This document shows positions 23,838 through 35,541 of a stretch of 64,000 nucleotides of DNA, in pieces. Source of the stretch: Cyanidioschyzon merolae (lineage: Eukaryota); the NCBI GenBank assembly GCA_000091205.1, contig AP006500.2, one strand, 5' to 3'. Position 1 is the stretch's first letter. The number at the start of each line of letters is the position of its first letter. The translations under genes were made by a program, and so were the position numbers. The notes under the pieces are model-generated. The model was not told the origin of the DNA, ran no database searches, and was given only the letters and a program-made list of their open reading frames with translations.

Positions 23838-26567
23838 CTAGATGGCGAAAGCAAACCAGCGACTGAGAACCGAACGACTGCGATGCAGATGCGCTGTAAA
23901 CTCCTCGGGTTCGTGGTATTCGAATACAACGTGCAAAGGCAGGTTCGGGATCGTGTACAGTGTCAGCATTTCAAAGGAGTTTGTCGCTTGTCGTGTCTTC
24001 AGAGCAAGTTCCAGCTCTCGTTCAAGCGTCTCCCACATGGCAATTTTCTCGTGGATCGAGTCCACATAGAGGCACTCGGTTATGGCAATGTTCCACGCCA
24101 GGCGCAAGCTGGCATACAAAAGCTCCACCGGGGCACGCGAGCCACACCAGATGAAGAGACGCGTATCGCCGAGCCATTCGTTCTCCTCGGGACGCACGGC
24201 AGCCAGTGCATGACTCGGTGGATCGTGCACCATCGATTGGGTACCGACCGAGACCGAACGGCGATGTCGTACCCGATTGACTGGTTCAGCGGCGGGCTCT
24301 GGAGCTGAACCCGTGGGATACCGCTCCAGAATGGAGTCCGCCAGACGCCCTAAGAAGGTAGCGCTGAACGGTGTATGCAGCACGTAGCATCGATCGGAGG
24401 CGATGCGAATTCGTCGCTGCAGTTTGCCGGTGTAGAAGCTGTGGCATCCCGACGCTCGTCGTACGCTACGCTGCGTAGTGGCGGCGTCCTGCTGGGCGCC
24501 ACTGCCAGCATCCAGAGCACCGACGCTGTGCGGTTCCCCGGAGCGCTCTGTTTCATGCCCCGGGGAAAGCGGTGATCGGAACGAGCGCAACAGCAACAGG
24601 TATCGCATTCCGCGGTGACCTGTGGGACTCGGCATGCCGCGGTATTTTTCGAGGCGAAACAGCCGTAGCTTGAGCAGTTCATCAACCTCCTCGGGACGCA
24701 GCAGCGTGCACTTATCCGATGTATGTGGTTGCGTATCTGCAGGACACTCTGTTGATGAACCCAGAGTCCACATCGAAAGCAGGTTCGTTAGTCGGCTCGT
24801 GGAAAACTGGGAGATGCAGCGAAATGGTGCTGCGTTTGCTACCGTACTCGAAGCGCGGCCAGATGAGGCTCTCTCTCCCGATGGCATTCGTTGTGCATAA
24901 CCGCAGTTCGTCGCAATGGAGCGCTCTCTGACTTTGTGTTTCGCAGCTTCTCCGGTAGAGGCAGCGCCATCACTCGCTGTTGGCGACGCTGCAGACGTGG
25001 GCATCGAAGGCTCCAGTGCCCGATTCTGGTGATGCGTCGCCGCGAACGTGTTCTGGAAGAGAGCGTTGCGCGCGGTCATCGCAGCGTAGGCAAAGTCTCC
25101 GGTCTGGCCAAGGAGGGCGTTGCGCATTGCGGCGCGGTAGCGCCCAATAAGAATGCGAAGTTCGATCTCAGACAGTGCATCCAGAAAAGCCGCGTTCGGG
25201 CAGGCGGTTGGTCGAACCCGCAGCAGCTGGCGGACGGCCTCCTCCAAAGGCCAGATACTTTCCCTAATCAGCAGGTAAGCGAGAGCGAGTGCACTCGACC
25301 GTGAGATGCCTTGATAGCAATGAATGAGAACTCGCCCGCCTGCTACTCGAGCAGCGTCTATGAAGTCGCAAACTGGATAAAAGAGTTGCATCATTTCTTC
25401 GGTTGCGAAGCGTTCATCCCGATCCTGGATGAAGAGCGGCAGATAACGGAATTCGTTTTCAAAGAAATTCGGCACTTCGAGTCCCGAGGCGTTCACAATA
25501 TGCGTGATGCCGTGGTGCTGAAGCAGAGCCGCATTGGCAGCTGGTTTTCGCCCACTGACGCCTAGATAACTGCGAACGAACGAAATGCTCTCCGACAGGT
25601 GCTGCACAAGGCTCGATACGTCCTGCCCGGATACGGGCGTTACGGGTGGTAACGTTGCCTCCGTATAGCCTGCAGCTTTCCCTGAAGTTGTGGACGCGTC
25701 CGGTGTGAGCGATTCCGGTCGCCCCGACGCTGCGGTCGCGTGCAGCCGAAGCGGCGACCGACTGCGAAGGCGGCTCACCCAGCCCAAGGATCCAGCACGC
25801 GACCGATGGCCGACACCATTTTCAGTACCGTAAACAGACCGATTTCCAGTCTGGGATGACCGAGGCTGACCCGAGCTCGTTCCCGGAGGTGACAACGGTT
25901 GGGCTGCATCCGTGCGACGTTCAGTGCTGCAGTCAGCGTTCGCGCGCTGCGCTGCCGGGCAATCGGGACTCTCGGATCCCGTGCTGCACTTGGTTTTCCG
26001 AGTCTCGGCTTCTACCTGCGAAGCCAAATCTTGCCACCAATCGTCTCGTTCGCCATTGGATCGAGAACGGCTTCGGAACCGCCTTCGTGTCATGTTGCCC
26101 TCAATACTCCAGCCCAGTTCAGAGAGAAAATGTTTGGATTGCTGTTGTTGTTGTTGTTGTTGCTGCTGCTGCTGATCTTCTGCGGCCGGTATTGCAAAGC
26201 GTGCGAGCCCATCTTCGTTTGCAGCACACGATCGGCTGCAGGTCGCGGCGAGTTCCGAACGATAAATCGGACATGTCGCCACCGTGCTGAGATCCAAACT
26301 AGGCAGGCTTGTGGGTGTTGAGGTTCGACTCCCCAGTGAGCGCGCGCTGTTCAAGTCCTCTGCGTGTGAAGCTCTTATCGGTGTCGTCGGAATTACGAGG
26401 GTATCTGGCTTTGCATATTCGGCGGAGAAGCGCACCTCACTCCCGTGGCCTAGCTGTGGGCCAGTCCCGCGTTGCGAGCAAGAATGACAGGGTCGTGCAT
26501 GGGCGTCCGGCGTTTTCGGCAGCCCGAAATGTTTCGCGTGCTCGCCGCTCTCCAGCAAAGGACACAT
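23838..26567 (-). CDS. dual-specificity protein phosphatase (DUSP catalytic domain) with long flanking regions
   Basis: 909-aa ORF; catalytic loop 'VLIHCYQGISRSSALALAYLLI' matches HCxxGxxRS; preceded by 'GITHIVNAS' and 'DFIDAAR' as in DUSPs. Confidence 0.7.
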   Translation of the reverse strand: MCPLLESGEHAKHFGLPKTPDAHARPCHSCSQRGTGPQLGHGSEVRFSAEYAKPDTLVIPTTPIRASHAEDLNSARSLGSRTSTPTSLPSLDLSTVATCPIYRSELAATCSRSCAANEDGLARFAIPAAEDQQQQQQQQQQQQSKHFLSELGWSIEGNMTRRRFRSRSRSNGERDDWWQDLASQVEAETRKTKCSTGSESPDCPAAQRANADCSTERRTDAAQPLSPPGTSSGQPRSSQTGNRSVYGTENGVGHRSRAGSLGWVSRLRSRSPLRLHATAASGRPESLTPDASTTSGKAAGYTEATLPPVTPVSGQDVSSLVQHLSESISFVRSYLGVSGRKPAANAALLQHHGITHIVNASGLEVPNFFENEFRYLPLFIQDRDERFATEEMMQLFYPVCDFIDAARVAGGRVLIHCYQGISRSSALALAYLLIRESIWPLEEAVRQLLRVRPTACPNAAFLDALSEIELRILIGRYRAAMRNALLGQTGDFAYAAMTARNALFQNTFAATHHQNRALEPSMPTSAASPTASDGAASTGEAAKHKVRERSIATNCGYAQRMPSGERASSGRASSTVANAAPFRCISQFSTSRLTNLLSMWTLGSSTECPADTQPHTSDKCTLLRPEEVDELLKLRLFRLEKYRGMPSPTGHRGMRYLLLLRSFRSPLSPGHETERSGEPHSVGALDAGSGAQQDAATTQRSVRRASGCHSFYTGKLQRRIRIASDRCYVLHTPFSATFLGRLADSILERYPTGSAPEPAAEPVNRVRHRRSVSVGTQSMVHDPPSHALAAVRPEENEWLGDTRLFIWCGSRAPVELLYASLRLAWNIAITECLYVDSIHEKIAMWETLERELELALKTRQATNSFEMLTLYTIPNLPLHVVFEYHEPEEFTAHLHRSRSVLSRWFAFAI
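26142..26175. repeat. (TTG)7(CTG)4 microsatellite, poly-Gln/Asn antisense in the DUSP gene
   Basis: direct reading. Confidence 0.9.
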
Positions 26568-29264
26568 TGTGCTGGACTAGGCGTCTGTGAGCGACCACGC
26601 AGAACTCTATCACCAGCGCAAGATCCGCGCCAAGTATCTGGCCCAGCGCTGTAGCAATTATATCCGCAAGAAACACCCTCAAAAGCTCGTTCAACCAGGC
26701 TCGGCTGGGTGCCACCTCAAGAGCGCCCTGTGAGCGTGTACTGCCGTCGGTTCGCACGGCACCAATTGCCCCTCTACCGCGGGATCCCGTGTCTCAGAAT
26801 AGGGTCCGAAGTACCTGCGTTGAAAAGTCTGAGGTTACTTTCACCTCAGCGCTTCGCTAACTCGGTGAGCGCTCAGAAGAGGCGCTGCGGCGTTACCGCT
26901 ACGAACGTGGTCCACCGCGAGGTTCGTGTTCCCCCTGAAGACCGTCTCGACGAGCAGCCAAGCTCGCGTTTTCGTCTCTCCAAGCAACGTAAAGTTTCGC
27001 CCTCCAAAACAGACAGAATACCTCTGCAACGAGGCTTTGGCACGTTGATGAATTCCTTCACGAGCGTTTGCGTTTCAGAGCGTTCTGCACAGCACCAGCG
27101 CTATGCCCCGGAGTACTTACACCACACGAAGGCGTTTGAGCAAGCGCGAGCACAGTCCAAAACTGGATCAGGCACTGCTTCACCTGACAACTCGACGATG
27201 CGCGAGATGAAAACGCTCGGTTCCTGAGTCGATACCAAACGAAAACAAAACCTGTACGCGTTGTGCTGCCTTGCCGCGCTACAAACAGTTTCGGATGCGT
27301 GTTATTCGGGGCGAGGCGTCGTGCGCCCAGCGTGTGACACGTGTCCGTACACACGCATCATCGCTTTGGCATGGACATGCGCGAGGTACGATGCAACTGG
27401 GCGAATTTTTTTTTGTTTCACGGAACGTTTCCATGGATCAGGGATTCCAGATTGCGGGATGCGTATTGGTATTCGGAAAATGAGGGAAAATGCTGCATTC
27501 TACGTCCAAGTTCCATGACCAACACTTCCTCTAGGATATACTGGTCGTTTCGTACGTTCTATCGTGCACCGTGTACCTGCCTTGCTGCACGCGCCTTGGC
27601 GCGTATACCGTTGGTGCGGATGCAGTACGGAGACAGAACGGGATTGGCGTGCCGATGAGGGCTTCCGCTCGAGGAATGTTAGACCCGATACGGAGTCAGA
27701 ATTCATTATGATTCTGGGGGCCTGCAAGTTGCGCAGACAGAAGTACTTTATGCGACAGCGCGAAGCGAGATACTAGGACTCAACTGCGACCGGGGCGACG
27801 TCCAGACGCAAGCTACCCGCTCCTAGTCGCAGAAAGAAGTGCATTTCAGACGAGTTGCTGAGATACCACCAAAGTACCCGCCATTTGTGGAGCATGAAGC
27901 ACTCCACAGACAGACTCGTGCGGCTCGCGGGACTTTCCATTTAAAAGGTGAATCTTCGACAATACGGGATCCTTTTCTTCCCTGCAACGCTTGCTGCAGA
28001 GCTGGGAAGAAATTGCTCTCTCGTTGCTAGGTAGTAGTTCGGTTCTGTTTGTTTTTGCCAGTTCTTCGACATGGAGCGCAGCCCTGATCGCACATCGCCG
28101 ATGGCAAGAGGCGGTATCTGCGCGACCAGGTGTGCCTCTGTGCTGCATGGTTAGGGATACTGGTTGCGCAAATGGCAAGCAAGTTGTTGTCGCTGTTGCG
28201 TTCAGACCGACGTCTGCGTGCTCGCACTCCCACACCGGCGCATGGGTATGGTAGAGCATTTTCCAGTTCCGTGCGTTTGGAATCAACAGTTGATTTAGGA
28301 AGTCGTCGCAAGTACCTACATTGAATGCAGAAGCAGGAGCAGGTGTTGCTGGTTTTGGGAGCCGCCGTCCGACTCCCGCGAGCGCCTCGTAGCACCAGGT
28401 CTTGGACCGTTGACGCAAAGGCACGGCGTGATTTCTCTGCGGCAAGAGCTGTCTGTCGGGTTTCGGCATGCCGGGCACACTGGACCCTAGCCAAATCCGG
28501 ACCGGGTCGGGACGAAGCTCCCGTATGGCGCACTTGTGTCTGAAACGGTCTGCCTGCGCATCCGGAAACGTTCTCGTTCAGCTGCGCGTCATGTCCAGAT
28601 GATACCGGGCACCCGTCGAGCCGCCACAGAAACACGTCGTCCATCTGGGCACGCTTCAAGAGAAATGGGAATGTAGAGGCTGCTAAATGCCAGAGATAGC
28701 GCGCATTTACGTCCTGTTCCCACGAAACCGAGATCTATGCCGCGTCTTTTCCTTCTATCTCACCCGAAGGCACAACGTTCCAGCGGGTCGGATACGTCCG
28801 TGATACCTCTATCGACAAAGAGAACGCGCGAGTGCCACGGTAGGCGCGTATGAACCGTCCGGAAAAGAAGATGCGGACCATCCAGTGGCAGTCTGGAGCC
28901 TAACACCCACCACCTCAATTGCATACAACGACGATGACGGCTGCCAGAGGCACCCCGACCGAAACTACTTTTCATCAGTGACATTGCAACAACGTATTGG
29001 CCGTCCCCAAGGTATGATACAGCAGCAAAGCGGGTCCATTCGCAACGCGCACACGTCCTGCACGCACGATAGCCACGCATCGCCCGTGCGGCAACGGCAT
29101 CGGATGCCCGCAGCAGCGCCTCGTTTGCCGGATCGCGCGAAACAGGCCCTGGTGCACTCCCATATTGTTCTATTTTGTCCATGCGATCCTATGTGCGTGC
29201 GTGCGTGCGTGCCGCTCGACCTTATCCATGCGATCGGATTCGTGTGCGCGCGTGTATGTGCGGC

Positions 29265-31655
29265 TCACGCCCGCGTCCGCAGTGCAGATGAGGATGACGA
29301 TTCCGAAGTGCTCGCGCCCACGCTGCGTTCCTGATGCATAGAGACTGTTGCCGTAGAGTCTCTGTGGCAGGAATGTACCGGGTGCAGTTGGCACACGGTT
29401 CGATGCTTCGCGAGCGCTACCCGCGTATCATATGCGAACACACGAACGAACTCGTCGATCGCAAAAGTATTCAGTTCGTTGAGAGCGTACATGTTCCGAA
29501 ACGCAGCAACGGCCCGACGGTAAGCGCACGGGTCATAGTAGAATCCCTGCAAGGCCAAGGAGTGGGCTCGTTGCATATCCAGCCTACCGTGCACGGCAGC
29601 AGCAGTCTGTGCGGAGCAGATTGAGCATGAAGCCTGGTCTGCCACAAAGGCACGAATGTAGGCCTCCTCGCCGATGCCGCAGCACACATCCGGTGGAAAT
29701 CGAGCCATTAACGCAGCCAGTCGATAGACACCAAGGGCGTACAGCTTTGACAGCGACTGATGCGCATTGCGCACCAGCGCAATGATTCTGCTGATGCTCG
29801 GAATTTCACGCGTCAGCGGAAGTGGCGGTATCGAAGCAAGCAACTGTCCAGCATGTTTGATTTCCCGAACGGTTGGCGCAAGCTCCTTAAGATCGGTCAA
29901 CACGGGGCGCTCACCGTTGGTCCGCAGGGACGGGTGCGTCCACAGCGACGCGGCAGGCGCACTGCCGTCCGCCAGCGGGTGAGCAACAGCATCTGCAACT
30001 GACAATGCAGACGGCGCATGAGGTAAATCCCCCTGGTGATGCGACGCTTCGGATGCAGCGGATGCAGAAGCATTGGTCCTCCCTACAACCTTTTGTATTC
30101 CGGGTGTTTGCTGCGCAAACTGCTGGCAATGCGTCAGCGATCCCCTCTTCTGCTCAGCCTCGGTGCATTCCAGATGATTTCCTTGGAGCATGCGCTCGCC
30201 GCTGCGATTCCGCGCTGCTGAGCGCGCTGCCGGCGCCATAAACAAAGGTGACCAGGCCTCCTCTGGTTCAGTGCCCTGAGAATCGGTTCGCGAGCACCGC
30301 CGATCAACCGTTGCCGTCGCGCTTGTCTTGAGGCATACCCGCGAATACGGGTCCGTCATGTCAACAACGCTCGATTCCAGATTGGACGCATTTGTACAGA
30401 ATGAACGATCGTTCTCTTGAACACAGAATCCGTGGACGGCGGCGACCATGAAAGCCTCTTCAGAAGCGCTCATCAACCCCTGTTCGCGTGGATGCGTTCC
30501 ATGCGATACCGAAAAAACGGAACAGGCAGGATCCCCGACGTTTCCGGCATAGATGCGCGATAAATCTTGATCCATGCGGTGCGTGCTTTCCCATCCGGGG
30601 TATTCGCCAAGCACAAAGTTTGCGTCCGTGGACGCAACCCGCTCGTCTTCGTTATCTTCGGCGGCGATCGTGCGATGGCTCACTTCACCGTAACCCGAGC
30701 TGGCCAGGGGCCATGCTGAAAGCATTGGCATCCGCTCCCCCAGCCAGGCATCCTCAACATTGTCGTATAGCGTCTGATCCGCCATCAGACGATGCTCGCT
30801 CGACACCCCAGAGTTCGTGGTATTCGCCTGGTCATCCACGACAACGCTGTGGCAGCGATCCCTTGGCGATGAGTGCTCACCTTCATCGGCATCGTCCCCT
30901 TCTGAAGGAAAACAAGTCCAGAGATTGGCTGGGAGTCTCGCAGATGCGTACGTTGTTTCTGATTGGTCCCCTCCCGGTACCGCCTGCTGATACTCGTGTA
31001 ACGGTGCGAGACTGACTGCCGATGCGGAGCGCTGGAGTCTCCCGAATCGAGCTTGCTCGCCGCTGACGATGGGGCCCCTGCGACGCCGACCGCGACCCGG
31101 CTTACCCACGCCGCTGAGAGACCATGAAGCATCTCCAAACTGTGCCCAGGAAGCGCTCCGTGGAAGCGTATGCGTCGCACCGCGAACAGATACCCTAGTC
31201 TGGCTTCGGCTACGGGCCAGCGAGCGCTCGCGCCCTTGAGGCTGCGTGATGCGGCGGTTCAGTGTTGCAGGTGTCGCACGACTACGACTGTTTTGAGCGC
31301 CAGTGCCGAACTGGCGACTTCTCCCAGCAGCGGATCCACGATCGGCTGCTTTGCGCACCTCATCTGTTGTCGGTGCTGAAGACGTTTCTTCCCCGTCCAC
31401 GATCGGTCGCCGGTTCGTGGACGCACCCTGCGCGAAGCCTTTTCCGAAACCCCGGGGTGCCGCACTGCCACGGGTTGCGTTCACCGCCAAATCTCCGTAG
31501 GAGTAGGTCACCCCGTCGATCACAAGCGCAAGCTTCCCCTTCTTCCACTTGACCCCACAAGCGTTGCACAGTGTCTTGGCACCCGTAGGTCCCGCCCGCC
31601 ACAGGGGCGTGTCGTTCGTCGAGCACGATATGCAACGCAAACTGTTCGAAACCAT
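29265..31655 (-). CDS. GATA-type zinc-finger transcription factor
   Basis: 796-aa ORF starting 'MVSNSLRCISCSTNDTPLWRAGPTGAKTLCNACGVKWKKGK', the canonical GATA finger (CxxC-x17-CxxC with TPLWR and LCNACG). Confidence 0.7.
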   Translation of the reverse strand: MVSNSLRCISCSTNDTPLWRAGPTGAKTLCNACGVKWKKGKLALVIDGVTYSYGDLAVNATRGSAAPRGFGKGFAQGASTNRRPIVDGEETSSAPTTDEVRKAADRGSAAGRSRQFGTGAQNSRSRATPATLNRRITQPQGRERSLARSRSQTRVSVRGATHTLPRSASWAQFGDASWSLSGVGKPGRGRRRRGPIVSGEQARFGRLQRSASAVSLAPLHEYQQAVPGGDQSETTYASARLPANLWTCFPSEGDDADEGEHSSPRDRCHSVVVDDQANTTNSGVSSEHRLMADQTLYDNVEDAWLGERMPMLSAWPLASSGYGEVSHRTIAAEDNEDERVASTDANFVLGEYPGWESTHRMDQDLSRIYAGNVGDPACSVFSVSHGTHPREQGLMSASEEAFMVAAVHGFCVQENDRSFCTNASNLESSVVDMTDPYSRVCLKTSATATVDRRCSRTDSQGTEPEEAWSPLFMAPAARSAARNRSGERMLQGNHLECTEAEQKRGSLTHCQQFAQQTPGIQKVVGRTNASASAASEASHHQGDLPHAPSALSVADAVAHPLADGSAPAASLWTHPSLRTNGERPVLTDLKELAPTVREIKHAGQLLASIPPLPLTREIPSISRIIALVRNAHQSLSKLYALGVYRLAALMARFPPDVCCGIGEEAYIRAFVADQASCSICSAQTAAAVHGRLDMQRAHSLALQGFYYDPCAYRRAVAAFRNMYALNELNTFAIDEFVRVFAYDTRVALAKHRTVCQLHPVHSCHRDSTATVSMHQERSVGASTSESSSSSALRTRA

Positions 31656-31949
31656 AGCCGCCGTACACGCACAGACTCAAACAAACGCTTCGTTTTGATC
31701 GCACGCGGTACGGCAACGGCCGAAGCGAGCCCAGCTTCGCACGAAACGAAGAAGTTTCGGTGGCGTCCGCCGCTTACCAGCGAGCAGCTCCGCCCCCAGC
31801 AATAACGGACGAGTGTTCGTTGCGGCTTGTAAGGTACTTGTTAGCAATAACGACCGCAGCAACACAAGGATTGCGCAAAACCCGGGACCCTGAGCAAGCA
31901 CAACGCTACCGGCAACGAGAAGGCCGCGAATCCGACGCCGCCACGGGCG

Positions 31950-33830
31950 ATATTCGGAGGTGGTGGCGGCTGCGGCCGCCCGCCGTTGCCAGGATTTCTG
32001 GCGGTACGCCTCCCGGTCTACTTGGACTAGGCACCTGCTGCTGATTTTGTTTTCTGCTTATATGATATCACCTTAAGAGGTTGCCCGACAAAGCTGGCTC
32101 TCATTAGCTCCGGGGGTCGCTTAATCATCAACACGCATCTTTCTATATTGATAGCGGCGTTAAAGTCTCGGTTCACAAACTCTATACGTTGATTGCCGTC
32201 GGTAGTTGTACTCACCAGTGCGAGTAGTCCAGGAACTTTTGCCCTGCTTTCCATTTGCTGTTTGGTCAGCGCTCCGTACTTTTTTATATCCTCAGAGTTC
32301 CACTGGCACTTTTGCATCTCGACCCTTTGGATTGTACACCTCGGCTCGTGGTGTGTATGTATGACGTTCGGAACTCATCTATCGGTATTGTGAGAAAACG
32401 GTGTGCGTACTCGTTGTACGCTCGTGTCGACGGAGCGGGCGTAGACTCTTTTTCGGACGCCCAGTGCCCTGATCCGTACGCTACTATAAGCCTTTGTCTC
32501 TCGTCTTCGTTCAGGGCACTCAACTGGTTGAAAAAGTTGGCAAATGCACGCTGCTTCCCATAGTATAAGTTCATGTGCTGACGAGCCCACCGGGCGGCTT
32601 GGTATACTCCTTTCACAGCTCCTCGTCATGAGCAGCGCGAAGTGGTATGAATTCTCAGAGGGCTCGAAAGTTCGCTCCGCGACTCGTCATTTTGCTGAAC
32701 TCCTCCCTGCTTACATCGAACTTCGGACTGATCTCTTTCATGATGCCGTAAAGGGCTGCGGAGTCGATTGTCACAAAATGTGCATTGATCTCGCATAACG
32801 GAACGACATGGAAGCGCTTACCCGGAAACGCAGCCATTCGTTTCTCCGACTCTTCATTTGCTTGCACACCTGGTTCCATCTCCGCCTTGCGTTCGAGTTC
32901 TCGGTCCAAAAACACGAAAGGGCGCAGGATTAGGCGATAGCATCTTTCTTCATCTTTTTTCAACGCTGGCATCTTTTTGTGCTCAGTTGACAAACCCTAG
33001 GACCGTGCGGCGCTCTTGGATGGCCACATGGAGTAGAGAAGCTTCATTCCTTCTCCTGCGTGACGTCTTCCTGTCGACGAATTCGATCTTCTGTTCATGC
33101 TGGCGATCGTCCGAAATGCCATTGATGATGGTCCGTATCCTTTTGCGAGAGAGGCGCGGGTAGAGTCCAAACATGGAACGTATCATGAAACGTTCGAGGT
33201 TCATGTTCAAATGGTTTTTCAGATTCGTGAGACACTTTTTAGACCCGTATTCATACATATTATCGTGACCCCTGTATCGAGTACTGTTGGAGCGGAATTT
33301 GGCGTAATTTTCGTGGAGGCCCTGCACTCGCTCATTTCTCCTCGACATTTCATATGTGCCCAGTATCAAGTGGCGAATGAAGGTCTTGTTGAAAAATTCC
33401 TTCGGAATCTCGGTTGTTTCCATATGCGTCACGTCGCGATTCGTCTCCCACACCAAATGCACGAGTCCTGAAGAACCGTTTCGAATGCTACTGGAGTAGG
33501 ACGCCACACGCTTTCTGATAGTCTCGTCCATCCTTGTCTCGTACGGATCCTTGCAATGTCCAAGAAGACAGGGTTTCACTACCATCTCGATGCACTGTCG
33601 TCTTTCTTGCAGCCATTGACGTCTGGCCTCCTGCCTTAGCTTCTTCGTGTTGTCTCGTTCATCCGGGATCGGCTCTGTTTTCGTTTCTTTCCGTCAGCCG
33701 GCGACAGTGGTCCTCCAGGATCCTCCACTTCCATGTCCATAGCTTGCCTTTTTACTTTTGAAAAAGAACGCACTTTAGACACTTCTGCTATAGACCCCGG
33801 AAAATCACTTGAGTAGACTATACTGGAGAT
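31950..33830 (-). mobile_element. old, internally deleted copy (copy 3) of the Fanzor/TnpB-like element
   Basis: Four -strand ORF fragments in different frames (32027..32317, 32284..32616, 32655..32993, 32983..33585) are homologous to the N-terminal, central and C-terminal parts of the nuclease in copies 1/2. RuvC-III 'FVNRDFNAAINIERC' and 'IPIDEFRTSYIH' are present. The RuvC-I region is deleted. Flanks show diverged homology to the copy-1 termini. Confidence 0.55.
32027..33585 (-). pseudogene. TnpB/Fanzor-like RuvC nuclease gene remnant (frameshifts plus ~250-aa internal deletion)
   Basis: see mobile_element 31950..33830. The N-terminal 200-aa ORF is ~50% identical to ORFs 49441..49707 and 48676..49398 of copy 1. 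Confidence 0.55.
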
Positions 33831-35541
33831 TAAAGTACAATGGAGATGAAAAACTATGCTTCGATATGACTTTAACGCGTATGCACCTTGTACGTTAGAT
33901 AAACACGCTAAGTGTAAGGATCGCATTTCCCTTCAATCACGAGATGCGCTTCCTATCTCACGCCTGCCAGATATGATGCTGCGAGTATCGACTGCACTAT
34001 ATAGAAAATAGAACAGAAATTATCCAATAACTAGCAACGAGATTGGGATTCCTTTCCGTCTCTACGATAAACGTTAAAAGGAGGAAAACGTTTCCACACG
34101 TTCAAAAGTCTACCGTATAGGCGGAAGGTCCAGCGACCCGGAAGAGTGCGCCGGGCTCGTGCTCCATACCCCCAATAGCAGGTGCTTTAGAGCGATCTGA
34201 GCAGCTCGTATCGAGCGCAATTCATTCTGGGATTCGAAGCGGGTAGTACGCGCCTGCGCGTCGCCCTGGTCTCCTTAGATATCGATTCGCGCTGTCGCAG
34301 GCAGTAGGTCCGTCTGCGCAGCTTGCAGGCTCCCAGCATGATCATTAGCCCTGATCCCGTGTCAGGTGTTGCGTTATTCGAGTCGACACCCTCAGTGGTA
34401 TGGCGAAGCCGTTTTGTCTCCGTGCAGCACCCGCTCCAGCGATATAGGCGCTATGGTAGGTTCCCAGGACAGGCACTTGGCTTACGATAGAACGCAAGAA
34501 ACGACCGGTGCGTCCGAAAGAATGCATAAGTAATGGAGCTTGAAGGTAGATGCTTCATGATGGACGCTTTCCAGATCATCAATACCCGTCCCGCAGCAAG
34601 GGATCCATGGTCACGATAAACGTTTCGTCATCTGAAAAAATGACAGCGGCTGCACGAAAGATTGCGCAAAGCGTTGGCTGATCGCCGCATATTGTTTGTT
34701 GGATGCGAGCATGTTGTCGATGCGTCTACATGGGTACGGCAATGGCAGCGCCTATTTGTTTGAACGCACTATGATTCCTGAAAGCAAGTCTGAGCGGCTA
34801 GTCGCACGACCTGTGGACTTGTGCAGCATGACGAATGCTGGTCTTGATACTGATCGTCATCGCACCGTTGGGGTTCCCAGGCTCGGTTCAACGATCCCAC
34901 TCGATTCGAAAAATCGATTCTGGAGCGTCCAAGCAGCACGTGCCTACTCAAGAAACCCTCATGGAAGGCACCAGCGCGCTTCTTCGCTCCACAGAGCCGA
35001 CGAAGGTCAGTGGCAGCAAGGCGGTATCGATGCTGATATCACGGGCGGAAGATCTCACGAACGTAAACAGCCCCCGTTTAGCCATTTTTGACACGGAGGA
35101 AGCCCTGTCACAACGCCACGGTTCCGCCCAGTGTGCCAGTGAAACACGGAAACCGCGATGCATGTTTCCGAGCTTCGCACATCTCATCAAGGCTTTCACG
35201 TTTGTTCTGCGTAGTCCTCTGAAAAATTTCCGGTGTGCCTTGGAGCCGGCCCCGGTTTCCATTTACAAAATAGAGGATTCTGTAAGCCAAAGGTCTTCCT
35301 ATGCGTACAACAGCGCTGCTGGTCGGATGTGTTTCAGCAGTATCGAACACCTTGCGCAGCGTTGCGAGGCGAGAGCCCCGTTCACGGCACCCGATGCGGT
35401 CGATAGCCCTGTATCATCATCCACGTGAGCATCCCGCACAACATTAACCGGCTTCGCAAGGCAGCACTAACCGTGGAATACGCACCGGCATCCGGTTCAC
35501 GGACTCTGCAAGATACATTCACTGCGCGTCAGTGCAGGCCG

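Noticed and set aside
26290-26345. 'ggttcgactcccc' T-loop-like motif
   Set aside because: T-stem does not pair and the segment lies inside the DUSP coding sequence.
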